Positions 9,751 through 20,415 are shown, counted from the stretch's first letter. The stretch: DNA of 64,000 nucleotides from an uncultured Methanoregulaceae archaeon (GCA_963701095.1 OY969564.1:1088001-1152000), one strand, 5' to 3'. Program-made: numbers and translations. Notes: generated by a model from the sequence alone, not told the origin.

Positions 9751-10991
9751 GCTTGATTTTTTGCCTGCACCTGTAAAAGTTCCATTTTAAACTTATCGAG
9801 TATGGCCTGATATTCCGGCTGAAGTTCTGCCTGCTCTTTCGATTTTTTTACCTTATCCATTGCTTCTTCGGTTAGCTCAAGGCCACAATTTCCACAGAAC
9901 GACAAGGTTGGACCATTGACTGTGAAACACCGGGGGCATTGTCGGGGTTCCAACGCTTCAGACTTCTTCTTTTTATCAGGTGCAATGACCCCATTCATAC
10001 GGGCTATCTCATTTTCGGTGTCAGTGTCGGTGAGATGGGCATACGTTGCAAATTGCTTTGTGATGATGTTGCCCCACATCATTTTCTTAATAATGCTCTC
10101 GCTGCATCCCTGTTGGATGAGATGAGTTATCCGCGAATGACGGAAGATATGTGGCGTTATATGCTTCTCTATTCCCGCTCTATGAGCTATCTTCGATAAT
10201 TGTTTTGCTACTCCCCGGTACTGGAGTGATTGATGCTTCCCGTTTGTCAAAAAAACAAACCCTTCATCGGTGATCTCACCGGGGTAATCGTTCTTCCATT
10301 GTGCAAGGTATGACCGGGCCATGACAAGGGGGATAAAACGGGGCCTCTCCGTCTTGTCATTGACATTTATTACAACATTCCAGTCAGTAAATTTTACTTG
10401 TTTCCAGGTAAGTTTGCCGAGCTCGCCAACGCGGAATCCGCCTTCATACAGACAGGCAATTAGGGCACGGTCCCGGGATATCTGACATGCTTGAATCATT
10501 GCCTTGATCTGATCCTCGCTAAGGATCTGTTCAGCTGTCTTGGTCATAGTATCGTACCCGGGGGTATGAATTTTGGACAGTTTCTTTTCATCAATGGTCG
10601 AGTAGTGGTTCTCTACAAGCCACAGATGAAACCGTTTTAGAAAGCGGATAAAATCCCCTATAGTGTTTTTCTTGTACCGGAGTGAGCCATCAGGATTTTT
10701 TGCATTTTTAATAGTATCTATAGCTGAATAGACATCAGATATGGTGTTTGTACGGTAAGGACCTACAAACTCCCTCAGTTGGGTGAGAACTACATGCAGT
10801 TTAAACGCCCGGCTGTTGCTGATCTGGGATATTGCTCTTGCTTCCGCGACAAATTCACGGATGAGCGCGGCGTCATCTTCCGTGATCATTCCACTCTTGA
10901 TCTTTTTTTCAAGAGTGTTGTTCGAGTATTCCACGTACTTTGCATCACTAGCATGGAAACGTGATGTTTGGATGGTGCTGGTAGCTGCCAT
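9747..10991 (-). CDS. Tyrosine integrase with C-terminal Zn ribbon (archaeal mobile-element type)
   Basis: GGFRVGEL (R), DKT (K), PHIFRHSRIT (HxxR), MMWG, TYAHL (Y), C-terminal CPRC..CGNCG. Confidence 0.93.
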   Translation of the reverse strand: MAATSTIQTSRFHASDAKYVEYSNNTLEKKIKSGMITEDDAALIREFVAEARAISQISNSRAFKLHVVLTQLREFVGPYRTNTISDVYSAIDTIKNAKNPDGSLRYKKNTIGDFIRFLKRFHLWLVENHYSTIDEKKLSKIHTPGYDTMTKTAEQILSEDQIKAMIQACQISRDRALIACLYEGGFRVGELGKLTWKQVKFTDWNVVINVNDKTERPRFIPLVMARSYLAQWKNDYPGEITDEGFVFLTNGKHQSLQYRGVAKQLSKIAHRAGIEKHITPHIFRHSRITHLIQQGCSESIIKKMMWGNIITKQFATYAHLTDTDTENEIARMNGVIAPDKKKKSEALEPRQCPRCFTVNGPTLSFCGNCGLELTEEAMDKVKKSKEQAELQPEYQAILDKFKMELLQVQAKNQA

Positions 10992-11226
10992 AACAGTGAA
11001 TCAGCATCAAAAGTATATAAAGAAACTGCTTGGAATGTAACCTTATATGTATGTGTCGGGCTGGGGCATTGGAACTCATTTTAAATTTTAAATCCGGGCT
11101 GTATTTTCCCGCATTTTCGTTTCCTTGTTGTTCCCCTAATCCTTTGGAGGGATTGCCCATAGAAACCCTGATTCAGAGCACACAATAACGGAATATTCAA
11201 GCAGGGTCACCACAAACAAGAGGATA

Positions 11227-11594
11227 ATGCCTGAGTCCCCTTTGACTTCTGCTAAGCTCATCGAAATTCATAATGATATCATCCAGGATTATGGCGGGGC
11301 CTGGGGAGTCAGAGATGAAGCCACACTTGACCACCTGATCTACTTGGTTAATCGTACGAAGTCCAGCACACGTAAGGCAGCGATCATCCTTCACGGTATT
11401 GCAAGCGATCACCCATTTATTGATGGCAACAACGAACTGCATTCGTTGCCGCCGAAAATATCCTGAAAAACTGCGGACATCGTATCATGGCAACGGATGA
11501 TGAAATGGTCAGTTTTATGCTTGAGGTGGCATCATATATCCACACCCGGGATTCCGTAGAAACTTGGATAAAAGAGAAATTAGAGCTGGCTTAA
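11227..11594 (+). CDS. doc: Doc/Fic family toxin (1-nt frameshift at ~11431)
   Basis: GVRDEATLD..HPFIDGN, then KRTAFVAAENIL...ETWIKEKLELA* in the shifted frame. One A is missing from the HPFxDGNKRT motif. Confidence 0.85.
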
Positions 11595-11702
11595 CCGCTG
11601 AAGTCCTTTATGGTATTGCTTTTTTGTCTCGATAAGGTTCTTCCGCTCCTTCTCGGTCAGTCCCTTCTCGGGGGTTTTGGCTTTCTTGGCCGTTTCAACC
11701 AT
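11580..11702 (-). CDS. 40-aa basic protein, candidate Doc antitoxin
   Basis: MVETAKKAKTPEKGLTEKERKNLIETKKQYHKGLQRLSQL*; convergent with doc and overlapping its 3' end. Confidence 0.45.
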   Translation of the reverse strand: MVETAKKAKTPEKGLTEKERKNLIETKKQYHKGLQRLSQL

Positions 11703-11827
11703 GAGTAGTATTTGGTCATCAGGGAAATAACGATTTTCCCTTTCAATCACAGCATGACATCCCTCTCAACATCAGCCGGACCGGCCGGTTCCGCCGGAGG
11801 GATTCCCGGTATGGAAAAAAGTCACGG

Positions 11828-11894
11828 GCGAGGGTAGCCAAGCCAGGTCAAAGGTGTCAGGTTAAGGACCTGATCTCATTGATGTACGAATGTT
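11828..11894 (+). pseudogene. Truncated/degenerate tRNA-Leu (5' two-thirds only)
   Basis: GCGAGGGTAGCCAAGCCAGGTCAAAGG matches the acceptor/D-arm of archaeal tRNA-Leu; anticodon stem TCAGG-ttaagga-CCTGA. No intact T-arm or CCCTCGC acceptor 3' strand follows. Confidence 0.7.
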
Positions 11895-12043
11895 ACCGGA
11901 GGAATCCTGCCAATTTCATCTTTTTTTGCATCCATGGTAAACTCTTCAGCTGTAGTAATTCCCATGAAGTCTTGATCGGCACCAATCTGCGACGTTCGTT
12001 TTCTCCTGACAATAGCCAAACACGTGGCTCATATCGGAAAAAG

Positions 12044-12244
12044 TCATGGTTTTGCCGTTCTCTTTCCCACGACATAATAGGCTATGGCGCCCGTCACCCA
12101 GGCGATTAACAAGCCAATTCCCACTCCCCGGAAGTATATGTTTCCGGTAAGATACCCCACGAAAATGAATATCACGCTTAAAACCAGCTCGAATACGACG
12201 AGTATCGGTACCAATTGTTCCCTATTAATTTTTTTTACATCCAT
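12044..12244 (-). CDS. Small 2-TM membrane protein
   Basis: MDVKKINREQLVPILVVFELVLSVIF...; two hydrophobic helices; GGAGG RBS. Confidence 0.65.
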   Translation of the reverse strand: MDVKKINREQLVPILVVFELVLSVIFIFVGYLTGNIYFRGVGIGLLIAWVTGAIAYYVVGKRTAKP

Positions 12245-12284
12245 GATAATTCCTCCCGTTGTAGTAATTCCCATAAAGTCCTGG

Positions 12285-12893
12285 TTACCGGGACAATTCC
12301 CTTTTCATCCGTGCATGGACCTCTTCAAGGTTCAGCGGGTTGAGCGGTTTACAGAGGATCTCATGGACACGGAGATTTTTGAGATGCTGTGAGGAAGCCG
12401 CCTGCATGACCAGCGCCGTATCAGATCCTCTTCCTGTGCCGGCTATAGCGATGATCTTCTCACCGCTTTTTATGTGACCACCATCGGTGGCCATGAGCAC
12501 AATTTCAAAACAGACCTTGAACCCCTGGCAGAAGCAGCGCAGCAGGTTTGCCATGACTACTGGTGTTGTCGATTCATAGAGGTCGCCGGTGTGAAAAAGC
12601 ATCGTGCCAAAATGAACTACATGTCCTGCTTCCCTCAATGTCTTTGCCAAATCCTGGGGAAACGCATTGGTCTCGCGGTGAAAGTCCCATTGATGGGGAA
12701 TGACAATCAGCTGTACACCGTCGTTTTTGAAATACTCCATCGCTTTCTTTGCCGTGGCACCACTGGTAGACGCTATGACGATCTTTTTGATGTTGAGCGT
12801 GTGAGCACGGTCGCGTGCTAACCGGAACGTGATATCCGTGTTCCCCGGGTCGAGCGTTTCAAAATAGGTTATCGGCTGTTCCATGATCGGCAT
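12285..12893 (-). CDS. Pyruvate kinase C-terminal-like (PK_C/DUF1867) archaeal protein
   Basis: ITYFE..GNT..IVIASTSGATA..QGFKVCFEIVLMATDGG..IAIAGTGRGSDTA. Confidence 0.8.
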   Translation of the reverse strand: MPIMEQPITYFETLDPGNTDITFRLARDRAHTLNIKKIVIASTSGATAKKAMEYFKNDGVQLIVIPHQWDFHRETNAFPQDLAKTLREAGHVVHFGTMLFHTGDLYESTTPVVMANLLRCFCQGFKVCFEIVLMATDGGHIKSGEKIIAIAGTGRGSDTALVMQAASSQHLKNLRVHEILCKPLNPLNLEEVHARMKRELSR

Positions 12894-13107
12894 TATGGTA
12901 GGATGTGCAGATAAGGAATGTGATCGGGCACAATACGGTTCTGTTAGCATTTTCGGTTGGTGTTCCCGGGATCTTCTCCCCCAGAATAGCGGAAACATGA
13001 GAAAACTTTTCCGTCAACTTTCCCAGGGTATCGTGATAGGATTAAGGTGAGGAGCATCCAACTTCTGTTAAAATAAAAGCGGTTCAATACGCATTGACGC
13101 TGAACTC

Positions 13108-13768
13108 ATGATGTTTGCAGAAGATATCATAAATCCGGTTATCCGGAAATATCCCTGTAGCGGAGCCTGGACAATCCCCATTTCGTCGCTCGATAAGCGG
13201 GAACGGGAATATTTTCCCCGGTTCTCACCGGCTGCCAGAACAGCAGTCGTACTTGGCTATCATATTGTAACAAAATATGAATGGACATGGTTTGAAAAGG
13301 AAAATGGGCTGCATCACTGCCACGCAGATGATCACAGCAAAAAAATCTATAACGACATCGCAGATGCGTTTGGCGTTCATGGATTCCGGACGGCTATGGT
13401 TCCCTATCCCTGGGAGAGTGGCATACAATTCAGATCTGTTGCACAATCCGCTGGAGCTGGCGAGATCGGGATGAATACGTTTTTATTGCATCCTCTCTGG
13501 GGCCCGTGGATTCAGCTGAGCCTCCTCGCAACGGATGCACTTTCAAAGGACACCCCGGTATATCACAAATCCGTCTGCACCCGATGCGGCGAGTGTGTTT
13601 TAGCATGCCCGGCGGGAGCAATCCGGCAGGATTCATTTGACGGGCTCCGCTGCCGCAGCTACCGTACAGAAAAAGGGGAATATATCCCATTCGGGCCGAA
13701 GAAGGAATTCAGGGTACTGCACGACATGTGCCGATGTCTGCCCGGTTGGCCAGAAACCCCGGAATTAG
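13108..13768 (+). CDS. QueG/reductive-dehalogenase-like 4Fe-4S protein (frameshift at ~13712)
   Basis: AGAGEIGMNTFLLHPLWGPWIQL, CTRCGECVLACPAGAI; the second cluster motif YCTTCADVCPVG is in the shifted frame. Confidence 0.75.
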
Positions 13769-13833
13769 ACGTAATAGAACTCTCTTCAAGTCTTAAACTA
13801 TTCCCAGTTAACAGTGTATTATAAAAAAAAAGA

Positions 13834-14604
13834 TTAACCCTGGACGGCACTCGTCGTTGTCACGGTGGGTGTTGCACGCAGGCTCTGGCGGTCCTTTTGC
13901 ACAATTTCCCGGAACTGGGTGGTCAGTATGGAGAGCTGCTGGTTTGCAGCTTTTACTTCCTGGGCGTTCTGGTCGTTAAACCCGGTCTGGAGGGCTTGAC
14001 CTTCCTGCTGGATCTGGCTCTCTACTGCCTGTGCGTTCGAGACGTCAATACCTTTACCGGACAGCTTTGTCAATATGTTGTTCCGGTTCTGGTCGTTGGT
14101 CGCAAACTCCGCCATACGGGCGGTCTCGCGGTCTGTCCATGCCGTGGATTTCAGGGTCGCAAGGGTTGTGGCCTGTGCCTCTACGGAAGCATTGACACTC
14201 TCGTGAAGAGCTTTTCCGGTACCGTTGTACTCTTTGAGTTCGTCTTTTGCGTCAGTCATAAACTCTTTTTTATCTGAAGACATCTGTGATGCTGCTTGTC
14301 TTATCTGGTCAGCGGAGGTCATGGACTCAACAGAGGTTACGACTCCGGAGAAATCTGTCTCAAGGGAGGTCAGCTCACTTGTCCCGGCACCGTTACTGAT
14401 GGAACCGATATAGCTGATCGCCCCGTTCATCTGGGCCTCGCCGTATGCCCCTGCATAGGCAACGGTTGCCTGCATTGCGGCGATATGGGAGGCATTGGTA
14501 TTCCATGAGTCCGGTGTGACGCCTGTAGCGCCTGCCGGCATGACTGCTGCCATAAGGCAGATCATACAGAAACTGCCTAACAACATTATTTTCGTGTGTT
14601 TCAT
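13834..14604 (-). CDS. Secreted helical/coiled-coil protein
   Basis: Signal-peptide-like MKHTKIMLLGSFCMICLMAAVMPAGA, then A/Q-rich helices. Likely start at 14604. Confidence 0.65.
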   Translation of the reverse strand: MKHTKIMLLGSFCMICLMAAVMPAGATGVTPDSWNTNASHIAAMQATVAYAGAYGEAQMNGAISYIGSISNGAGTSELTSLETDFSGVVTSVESMTSADQIRQAASQMSSDKKEFMTDAKDELKEYNGTGKALHESVNASVEAQATTLATLKSTAWTDRETARMAEFATNDQNRNNILTKLSGKGIDVSNAQAVESQIQQEGQALQTGFNDQNAQEVKAANQQLSILTTQFREIVQKDRQSLRATPTVTTTSAVQG

Positions 14605-14914
14605 CGTTGTCACCTTTTCCAGGATTGTCCCGCAATCCCTGCAGGACGCACCTGATTCCAACGTTGCCGGGTCGGGCGTATATATTTCCAAGATTGCCTG
14701 AGTTGCGTGATGTAACCTGAGGGGTACAACGTGGAACCCGATACCAGTGAGGTTTGAGCGAAAACAGGAAGATGGCATGTTTTTTCGCAGGGGGAACAAC
14801 GGGTACCTGAGGCGTCCCGCGACCCGCGTTCTTTCAAGATGATTCCGGGAAAGAAAACGACGAAAGGTACCAGAACCATTCCTTTTTAAGAACACCGGTT
14901 CTGGTGCCAGGAGG

Positions 14915-17900
14915 TCAGGACCGGAACGCCCTGCGGGGAACGTTCATCTCGAACCGTGCGCCGTTCCCGTGTTTCCCGGTTTCGGTAATAGTGATACCGG
15001 TTATCAAAAGGATCTCGCGGGAAAGGAAAAGTCCGAGTCCCGTGTTCTTCCCAAACCCTCTCGTAAAAATCAGACTCTTTGTTTTCGGGAGGAATACCGC
15101 ACCCGTCATCTTCGCAGATGATGATGTGTTCGCCGTTGCGTTCTTCAACCGAGAACCGGACAGACGTGACGTTCCCGCCGTGTTTTACCGCATTGTCTAT
15201 GAGGTTGTAAAAGACTTTGACAATCAAAGGATCGGCGAATACTTCTGTACCGGCAGGGAGATCATTTTTTACGGTACCTTTTCCCGGAGAGGCTTGTGTT
15301 CCTGCGGTTTCTACAAGGGTATGAATGTTCTGCCACACCGGTATATTGACCCCGATCGCATCGTATTCTTTTGAGAACTGGATCATGCCGGAGATACTTT
15401 CTGCGGCCTTTTCCGCCTTTTTAGAATACTCTTTGTATTGAGGAGCGAGCGGATCCTTTTCCAGGACGGCCAGGTACCCCCGTAGCATGGTCAGCTGGTT
15501 TTGGATGTCATGGCGGGTGATGGACGAGAGGAGTTTGAGTTGGTGGTTTACATTTTTTATTGCGTCTTCTGCATTCTTACGATAGGAAATGTCCCGGCAC
15601 AGCGTCAGGATGATCTGGGTGGTACCTGAAGTGACCAATGAAGCATTGATCTCTAACGGCTGGATGGAGCCATCCGGTTTTTGATAATCAATCTCCAGAC
15701 CCCGCACCTGTCCTTTCCGGAAACAGTTTTCAAGTTCGAGGGCATTTCTCTCGCGATCGTAGGATGCGGTCCATTCGATAACGGATTTTCCTTCGATTTC
15801 AGCACGGGACGAACGCCCGGTAAGACGGACATATTCTTCGTTTGCCGAAATGACCCGGCCGTCCCGGTCTAAAATAACATACCCGGTTCCGGTAGTTTCG
15901 ATGAGGCTCCGGTACCGGTCTTCGCTTTTCCGCAGTTCTTCTTCTGCCCGTTTCCGTTCCGTAATGTCAATGTTTGTCCCGATTATCCCTTTGATTTCAT
16001 TACCGGTACGGACCGGGGCAATAATCTCGTCATACGTCCGCACCCCGTCCCCGCGTGCTATTGACACCTCTCTCCGCACCACATTTCCTTCAAACGCCTT
16101 CCGGTTATTCTCCGTCCAGTGTTCGAACACGTCCGGAGGAAGCGGGATCTCGCCGGGATCTTTGCCGATACTCTTTCCCCAATGTCTGATCGAAGCCGGG
16201 TTCTGCAGTATGTATTTACCCGATTGATCCATAGCCCAGACGTCAAACGGGAGGTTGTCGACGAGTGTCTGGATCTGGGAAGTTTTCTCCTGCAGCGCAT
16301 CTTCCATCTGCTTGCGCCTGGTGATATCGTGGACTATGAACACCATGCCGGTGTGTTTCCCTTCCGCATCCCTGACAAAATCGGCGTTTGCAACAATAGA
16401 GAATATACTTCCATCTGCACGAAATGCACGGTATTCGCCAGGACCGGTGAAAATACCCTGATGCATCAGTGCAATATTTTCTCCGGCCCTCCCCTGGTCT
16501 TCCGGGACCAGGAACAGAACGATTGACTTGCCGAGGATCTCGTTTTCATGCCCAAAGCCAAAAATCTTCAGCACTGCGGGAGAGACAAGGTTGACGGTTC
16601 CCTGAAGATCCGTTAGTGCGACCCCGTCGGGAATTGCGGCAAGTATGGACTGATAATATGCTTCGCTCTTCCGGATCAGTCGCTCATTCTGTGCCAGCTC
16701 TTCATACTGGCTGCGAAGTTCTTCCGCACTTGCCGTAATCTGGCTGTGTGCCGTCCGTAGTTCTTCTTCTGCCCGTTTCCGTTGCGTAATATCATGAATA
16801 ACTCCCACGACGACATTTCGGACGGGATCGTATTCTGCCACAGAATGGAGGTCCAGGATAGTCTGATCAGATGGTCTCTTGATTCTGAACTCGATATTAT
16901 AGGGAGATTTTCCGGCAATAAGGTCCTTTAACGCAGTATCGAGAAGAGGACGGTACTCGGGAAGGGGAATTTTCTGGACTGCGTCTATGGTCCATGCCGA
17001 TTCTCCGATTCCATACAGGCGCCGTGCCCCCTCAGAAGCGTCAACGGTGTTTTCGTTCAGCCGGAACTCCCAGCTTCCGGACCTGCCGACCTCTTCTGCC
17101 CGTTTTAACTGGGTTTCATCTTTTCGGAGCAGCTTCTCACTTTCTCTGAGGGCCTGTTCCTTCCGGATCATTTCGTCTAAACTGGCACGGAGTTCCTCGT
17201 CTGCTGCCTCGATCTGTTCATAGGAGGCTTTGAGTTCCTCGGTTTTCCGGTCGCGTTCCACTTCTGCGAGTTTCCAGCTGGTGCTATCAAAAATTACGCC
17301 GTCGAAAACGAGCCGGTCGTGTTCCATCACCGGGTTTGATACCCCGGTGATCCAGATCTTTTTCCCGGAAGGTTTCACGTACCATCCGCTGTATTCCCAG
17401 AGTGTTTTCGTGCTGACAGCGTGCCGCATTGATGCGGTAAACCGTTCCCGGTCTTCTGCCACGATACCTTGCGTAAACCGGTCGAGAAAATGAGCCGTGT
17501 CCTGTTCAAGACCAAGGATTTGCAGGCTCCGCTTGCTGATATAATCAAACCCGTGGGTCCCGTCGGGATTCACGGAGATCCGGTAGATGACCCCGGGAAT
17601 ATTGGCTGCCATTGCTTTGAATTGACGTTCGCGCTTTCCCAGTGCCGCCTCCGCGTTCCTGCGCGTAATAGCATACCGGATCTTGTTTGAAAGTTCGGCA
17701 TACTGGCTTGCCGGATCCCCGCCTTTCTGGAGATAAAAGTCCGCACCTTCATTCAGTGCCTGTATGACAACCTGTTCACGTCCCCGCCCGGTGAAAAGGA
17801 TAAACGGGATGGTATTTCCTGAAGATCGTACTTTTTTCAAAAATTCGATGCCATCCATTTCGGGCATCTGGTAATCGGCGACAATGGCATCGTATTTTTG

Positions 17901-18032
17901 TTTATTCATCAAATCCATTGCAGCAGAGGCAGCGGTAACCGTGTCAACACTGAACTCTCCGCCCTGCTCAAGGAAGAGTTTGCCAACCTCGAGCAGCCCG
18001 GGTTCATCATCGACGTAGAGAATGGGATACAT
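14915..18032 (-). CDS. Hybrid sensor histidine kinase REC-multiPAS-HATPase (frameshift at ~15080)
   Basis: LYVDDE..DYQMPEMDG REC, several PAS/PAC domains, TRHDIQNQL H-box, NLIDNAVKHG, DDGCGI; GFGKNTGLGLFL continues in the 14915-15148 frame. Confidence 0.92.
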
Positions 18033-18245
18033 AAGAAAACGAAATATTTGTTTGTTATTTATTGACCGTCGAATTATATGTTATCTTTGGGGCATATGAA
18101 AAAAAAGCCCCTGGTGAGACAAAGACCAGGTTGTCTCAAACGCTGGACGGATAGGATCCACGACCCGGCCTGCGAGGACGCGGCCAGGAGATTGATCCAT
18201 ACGGGGAAAAGACGTGGCAAAGAGGTAGGACTGGATAGCATTGCA

Positions 18246-18270
18246 GTCGCCCGGTAGTGTGCCGGGCGAC
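18246..18270. terminator. GC-rich hairpin downstream of the nitroreductase
   Basis: gtcgcccgg-tagtgtg-ccgggcgac, a perfect 9-bp stem about 25 bp past the nitroreductase stop. Confidence 0.4.
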
Positions 18271-18293
18271 AGGTTCATGATTTTTGCTTCTTT

Positions 18294-18899
18294 TTAGGGA
18301 ATCCATTTGAGGATGACGTCGGCATTACGCTTCGGTGCCGGAAGGGCGCCTTTTGCCGGGTAGCCGAATATTAACGTTGCGACAAGCTTGTGATCTTTTG
18401 GCACACCTGCTTCCTTGAGGAATGCCTCATCAGTACCAAGGCCGGCGGCAAGCCCGATCCAGCAGCTGCCGATCCCCAGCGAATGTGCTGCAAGCATCAT
18501 GTTCTCTGCGGCGAGGGCGCAGTCGTGTTCGTTCATCGCATCCGGGGAGGTAAAGACGAGAATGAAAACCGGCGCTTCGTACAGGATCCGGACTTCCGGT
18601 TTTGCGAGGTTTTTTGCATAGACAGCCAGCTCCGGGATGGTCGAGTCCTTGAACATACTAACGAAGATCTTCTTTGCTTTCTCGTCTAATTCATCGATGA
18701 GTTTCCGGTTCTTGATAACAACGAACCGCCATGGCTGTTTATTGACGGCGGTCGGGGCATAGGTGCCGGCCCTTATTATCTCCCGGATGATCTCGTCGGA
18801 GACGTCTTTGTCGGCATACTTCCGTACGGATCTTCTTCCATAGATAGTATCCAGGGTCGGGTTTGCAAGCTGGTTGTCGGGTTTTTTGGATGGAGCCAT
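18294..18899 (-). CDS. Nitroreductase family protein
   Basis: RRSVRKY, APTAVNKQPWRFVVI, AAENMMLAAHSLGIGSCWIG, IFGYP. Confidence 0.93.
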   Translation of the reverse strand: MAPSKKPDNQLANPTLDTIYGRRSVRKYADKDVSDEIIREIIRAGTYAPTAVNKQPWRFVVIKNRKLIDELDEKAKKIFVSMFKDSTIPELAVYAKNLAKPEVRILYEAPVFILVFTSPDAMNEHDCALAAENMMLAAHSLGIGSCWIGLAAGLGTDEAFLKEAGVPKDHKLVATLIFGYPAKGALPAPKRNADVILKWIP

Positions 18900-18966
18900 T
18901 GTTTCACCGGTACTGCATCATTCCTTGACAGATATAACCATTTCACTAGAACAATGAAAACAAAAG

Positions 18967-20415
18967 TCAGGTACGTATCAGTAATTCGGAGAGCTTTTCG
19001 TGCACCCTTACCATGGCAAGGGTATCGAGTTTACAGTATGCCAGTAATTCCGCCTTTTTTTGTTCAATCTCTTCCGGGCTCATCATTCCCTGTGCCATCA
19101 TTGCAAAAACCACCATGGCACTACCTCCGTTGGCAATGGCAAGGCCATCATAAGAAAGATCAGTGACGAGGGCCGGGAGGACTACTTTTATGGAAGTTCT
19201 CCCGGCAAACTGGGGATGACGGACACATTTCACGGATTTTTCCAGATCCACAATTCTTTCGATCAATGCCTGGAGCGGTTGTTCAAGATCCGGAAATGCC
19301 TCGCAGAGTGCTTTGATCATTGTTCTTTCATAATTACTGTAGGTTATAATCGAACCTTTCTTATCGAGGTCAGCAATCAAACGCTGTGCAAGTTCTTTCC
19401 TGCAGTCTGAGTGGGGATTTGCAATATATTCACGGTGTGCGGTGATATTTCCAAGCCGGTCACAGATATGGATGGAATACTGTGTCGGGAATATATCATA
19501 GGGGCCGAGTTCGGGATAGAGCGGAATTACTGTTTGTGATGTTTCAAAATCAAGATAATATGCAGGCCAGACGACTTCATCCAGTTTCTCTTTCATTACG
19601 GGATCGATATCGACTTCCCCGCTTTTTATACATTGAACGACCTGCCTCTGAAGAGGAGTCAATGTAAAAGATTCAGGGATATCGCATATTGATAGTATCC
19701 CTGCTGATGAGAGTGCGGTAAACGCCTTTTCACTCAGTCGCGGTATCTGGAAGATATGATTTTCAATATCCTCACCGATGCATCGCTTAAATTCACTGCA
19801 TTTTTTGCAATTCATTGTTGATTCGGGCTTGGGTTCATCGGCGGCATGAACAAAATGATCGACTTTTGACAAGTATGGTGAGAATTCCTTGACCTTTTCG
19901 AGGACATCGCCGGTACAATTAATTCGAACAAAGAGATTTTCCAGGGGCATCCCAAGCCGATATTCTTTGTTTATTAACTGAAGGATGATATTTGATGTTT
20001 TGAAACCGGATTTTTGGGCAATCAATGTCGTATAGGCCATATCTGCGATATGATCCTCTTTTACATTCAGACCTGACTTAACTTCAACGACATCCCACGA
20101 TGTGCCTTTCCGTGTGAGGATATCGGCTTTTGCAACATAATTTCCCGTGATGAAAGTGCCTTCGAATATTGTATGTACCTTCGCATCTGCGGTAAGTTCA
20201 CGGGTCAACGTTGCGGCAGACTCATTATCAGGTGCATTGACAAACACCCCATCGGGATACAATTCTCGTGCTAGTTTTCCGATATATTTCCCCTGGTTCA
20301 TCCAATATTGTGTCTCAGGGGACCGGTCTTCTGGTATTTTATCGTTTTTCAGCCGCCAGCCGAACGTAGGACATGCAATGGTATTAAGGAAGATATTCTT
20401 CGTGAGGGACGCCAT
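18967..20415 (-). CDS. DUF2779 protein: Cas4/RecB-like PD-(D/E)xK nuclease + RNase H-like exonuclease domain
   Basis: N-terminal CP, IFEG..KADIL..VEVKS, CKKCSEFKRC (Fe-S-like), then YLDFET..QYSIH..YSNYE..SIKVVLPAL..YCKLDTLAM. Confidence 0.8.
   Translation of the reverse strand: MASLTKNIFLNTIACPTFGWRLKNDKIPEDRSPETQYWMNQGKYIGKLARELYPDGVFVNAPDNESAATLTRELTADAKVHTIFEGTFITGNYVAKADILTRKGTSWDVVEVKSGLNVKEDHIADMAYTTLIAQKSGFKTSNIILQLINKEYRLGMPLENLFVRINCTGDVLEKVKEFSPYLSKVDHFVHAADEPKPESTMNCKKCSEFKRCIGEDIENHIFQIPRLSEKAFTALSSAGILSICDIPESFTLTPLQRQVVQCIKSGEVDIDPVMKEKLDEVVWPAYYLDFETSQTVIPLYPELGPYDIFPTQYSIHICDRLGNITAHREYIANPHSDCRKELAQRLIADLDKKGSIITYSNYERTMIKALCEAFPDLEQPLQALIERIVDLEKSVKCVRHPQFAGRTSIKVVLPALVTDLSYDGLAIANGGSAMVVFAMMAQGMMSPEEIEQKKAELLAYCKLDTLAMVRVHEKLSELLIRT

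Larger units (their letters stand above)
1..11100. mobile_element. Integrated plasmid/satellite-like element with defence cargo (left end outside the window, right end approximate)
   Basis: Integrase - regulators - SF3 helicase - ori-like repeat - TA pair - resolvase - Shango-like operon. No capsid or conjugation genes are visible. att sites were not identified. Confidence 0.7.

Noticed and set aside
11050..11105. tRNA-3'-like words (cgggctggggca, ttaaatccgggct) upstream of the integrase as a possible att site
   Set aside because: No GTTCRA T-loop or complete stem and no partner copy in the window; too weak to call.
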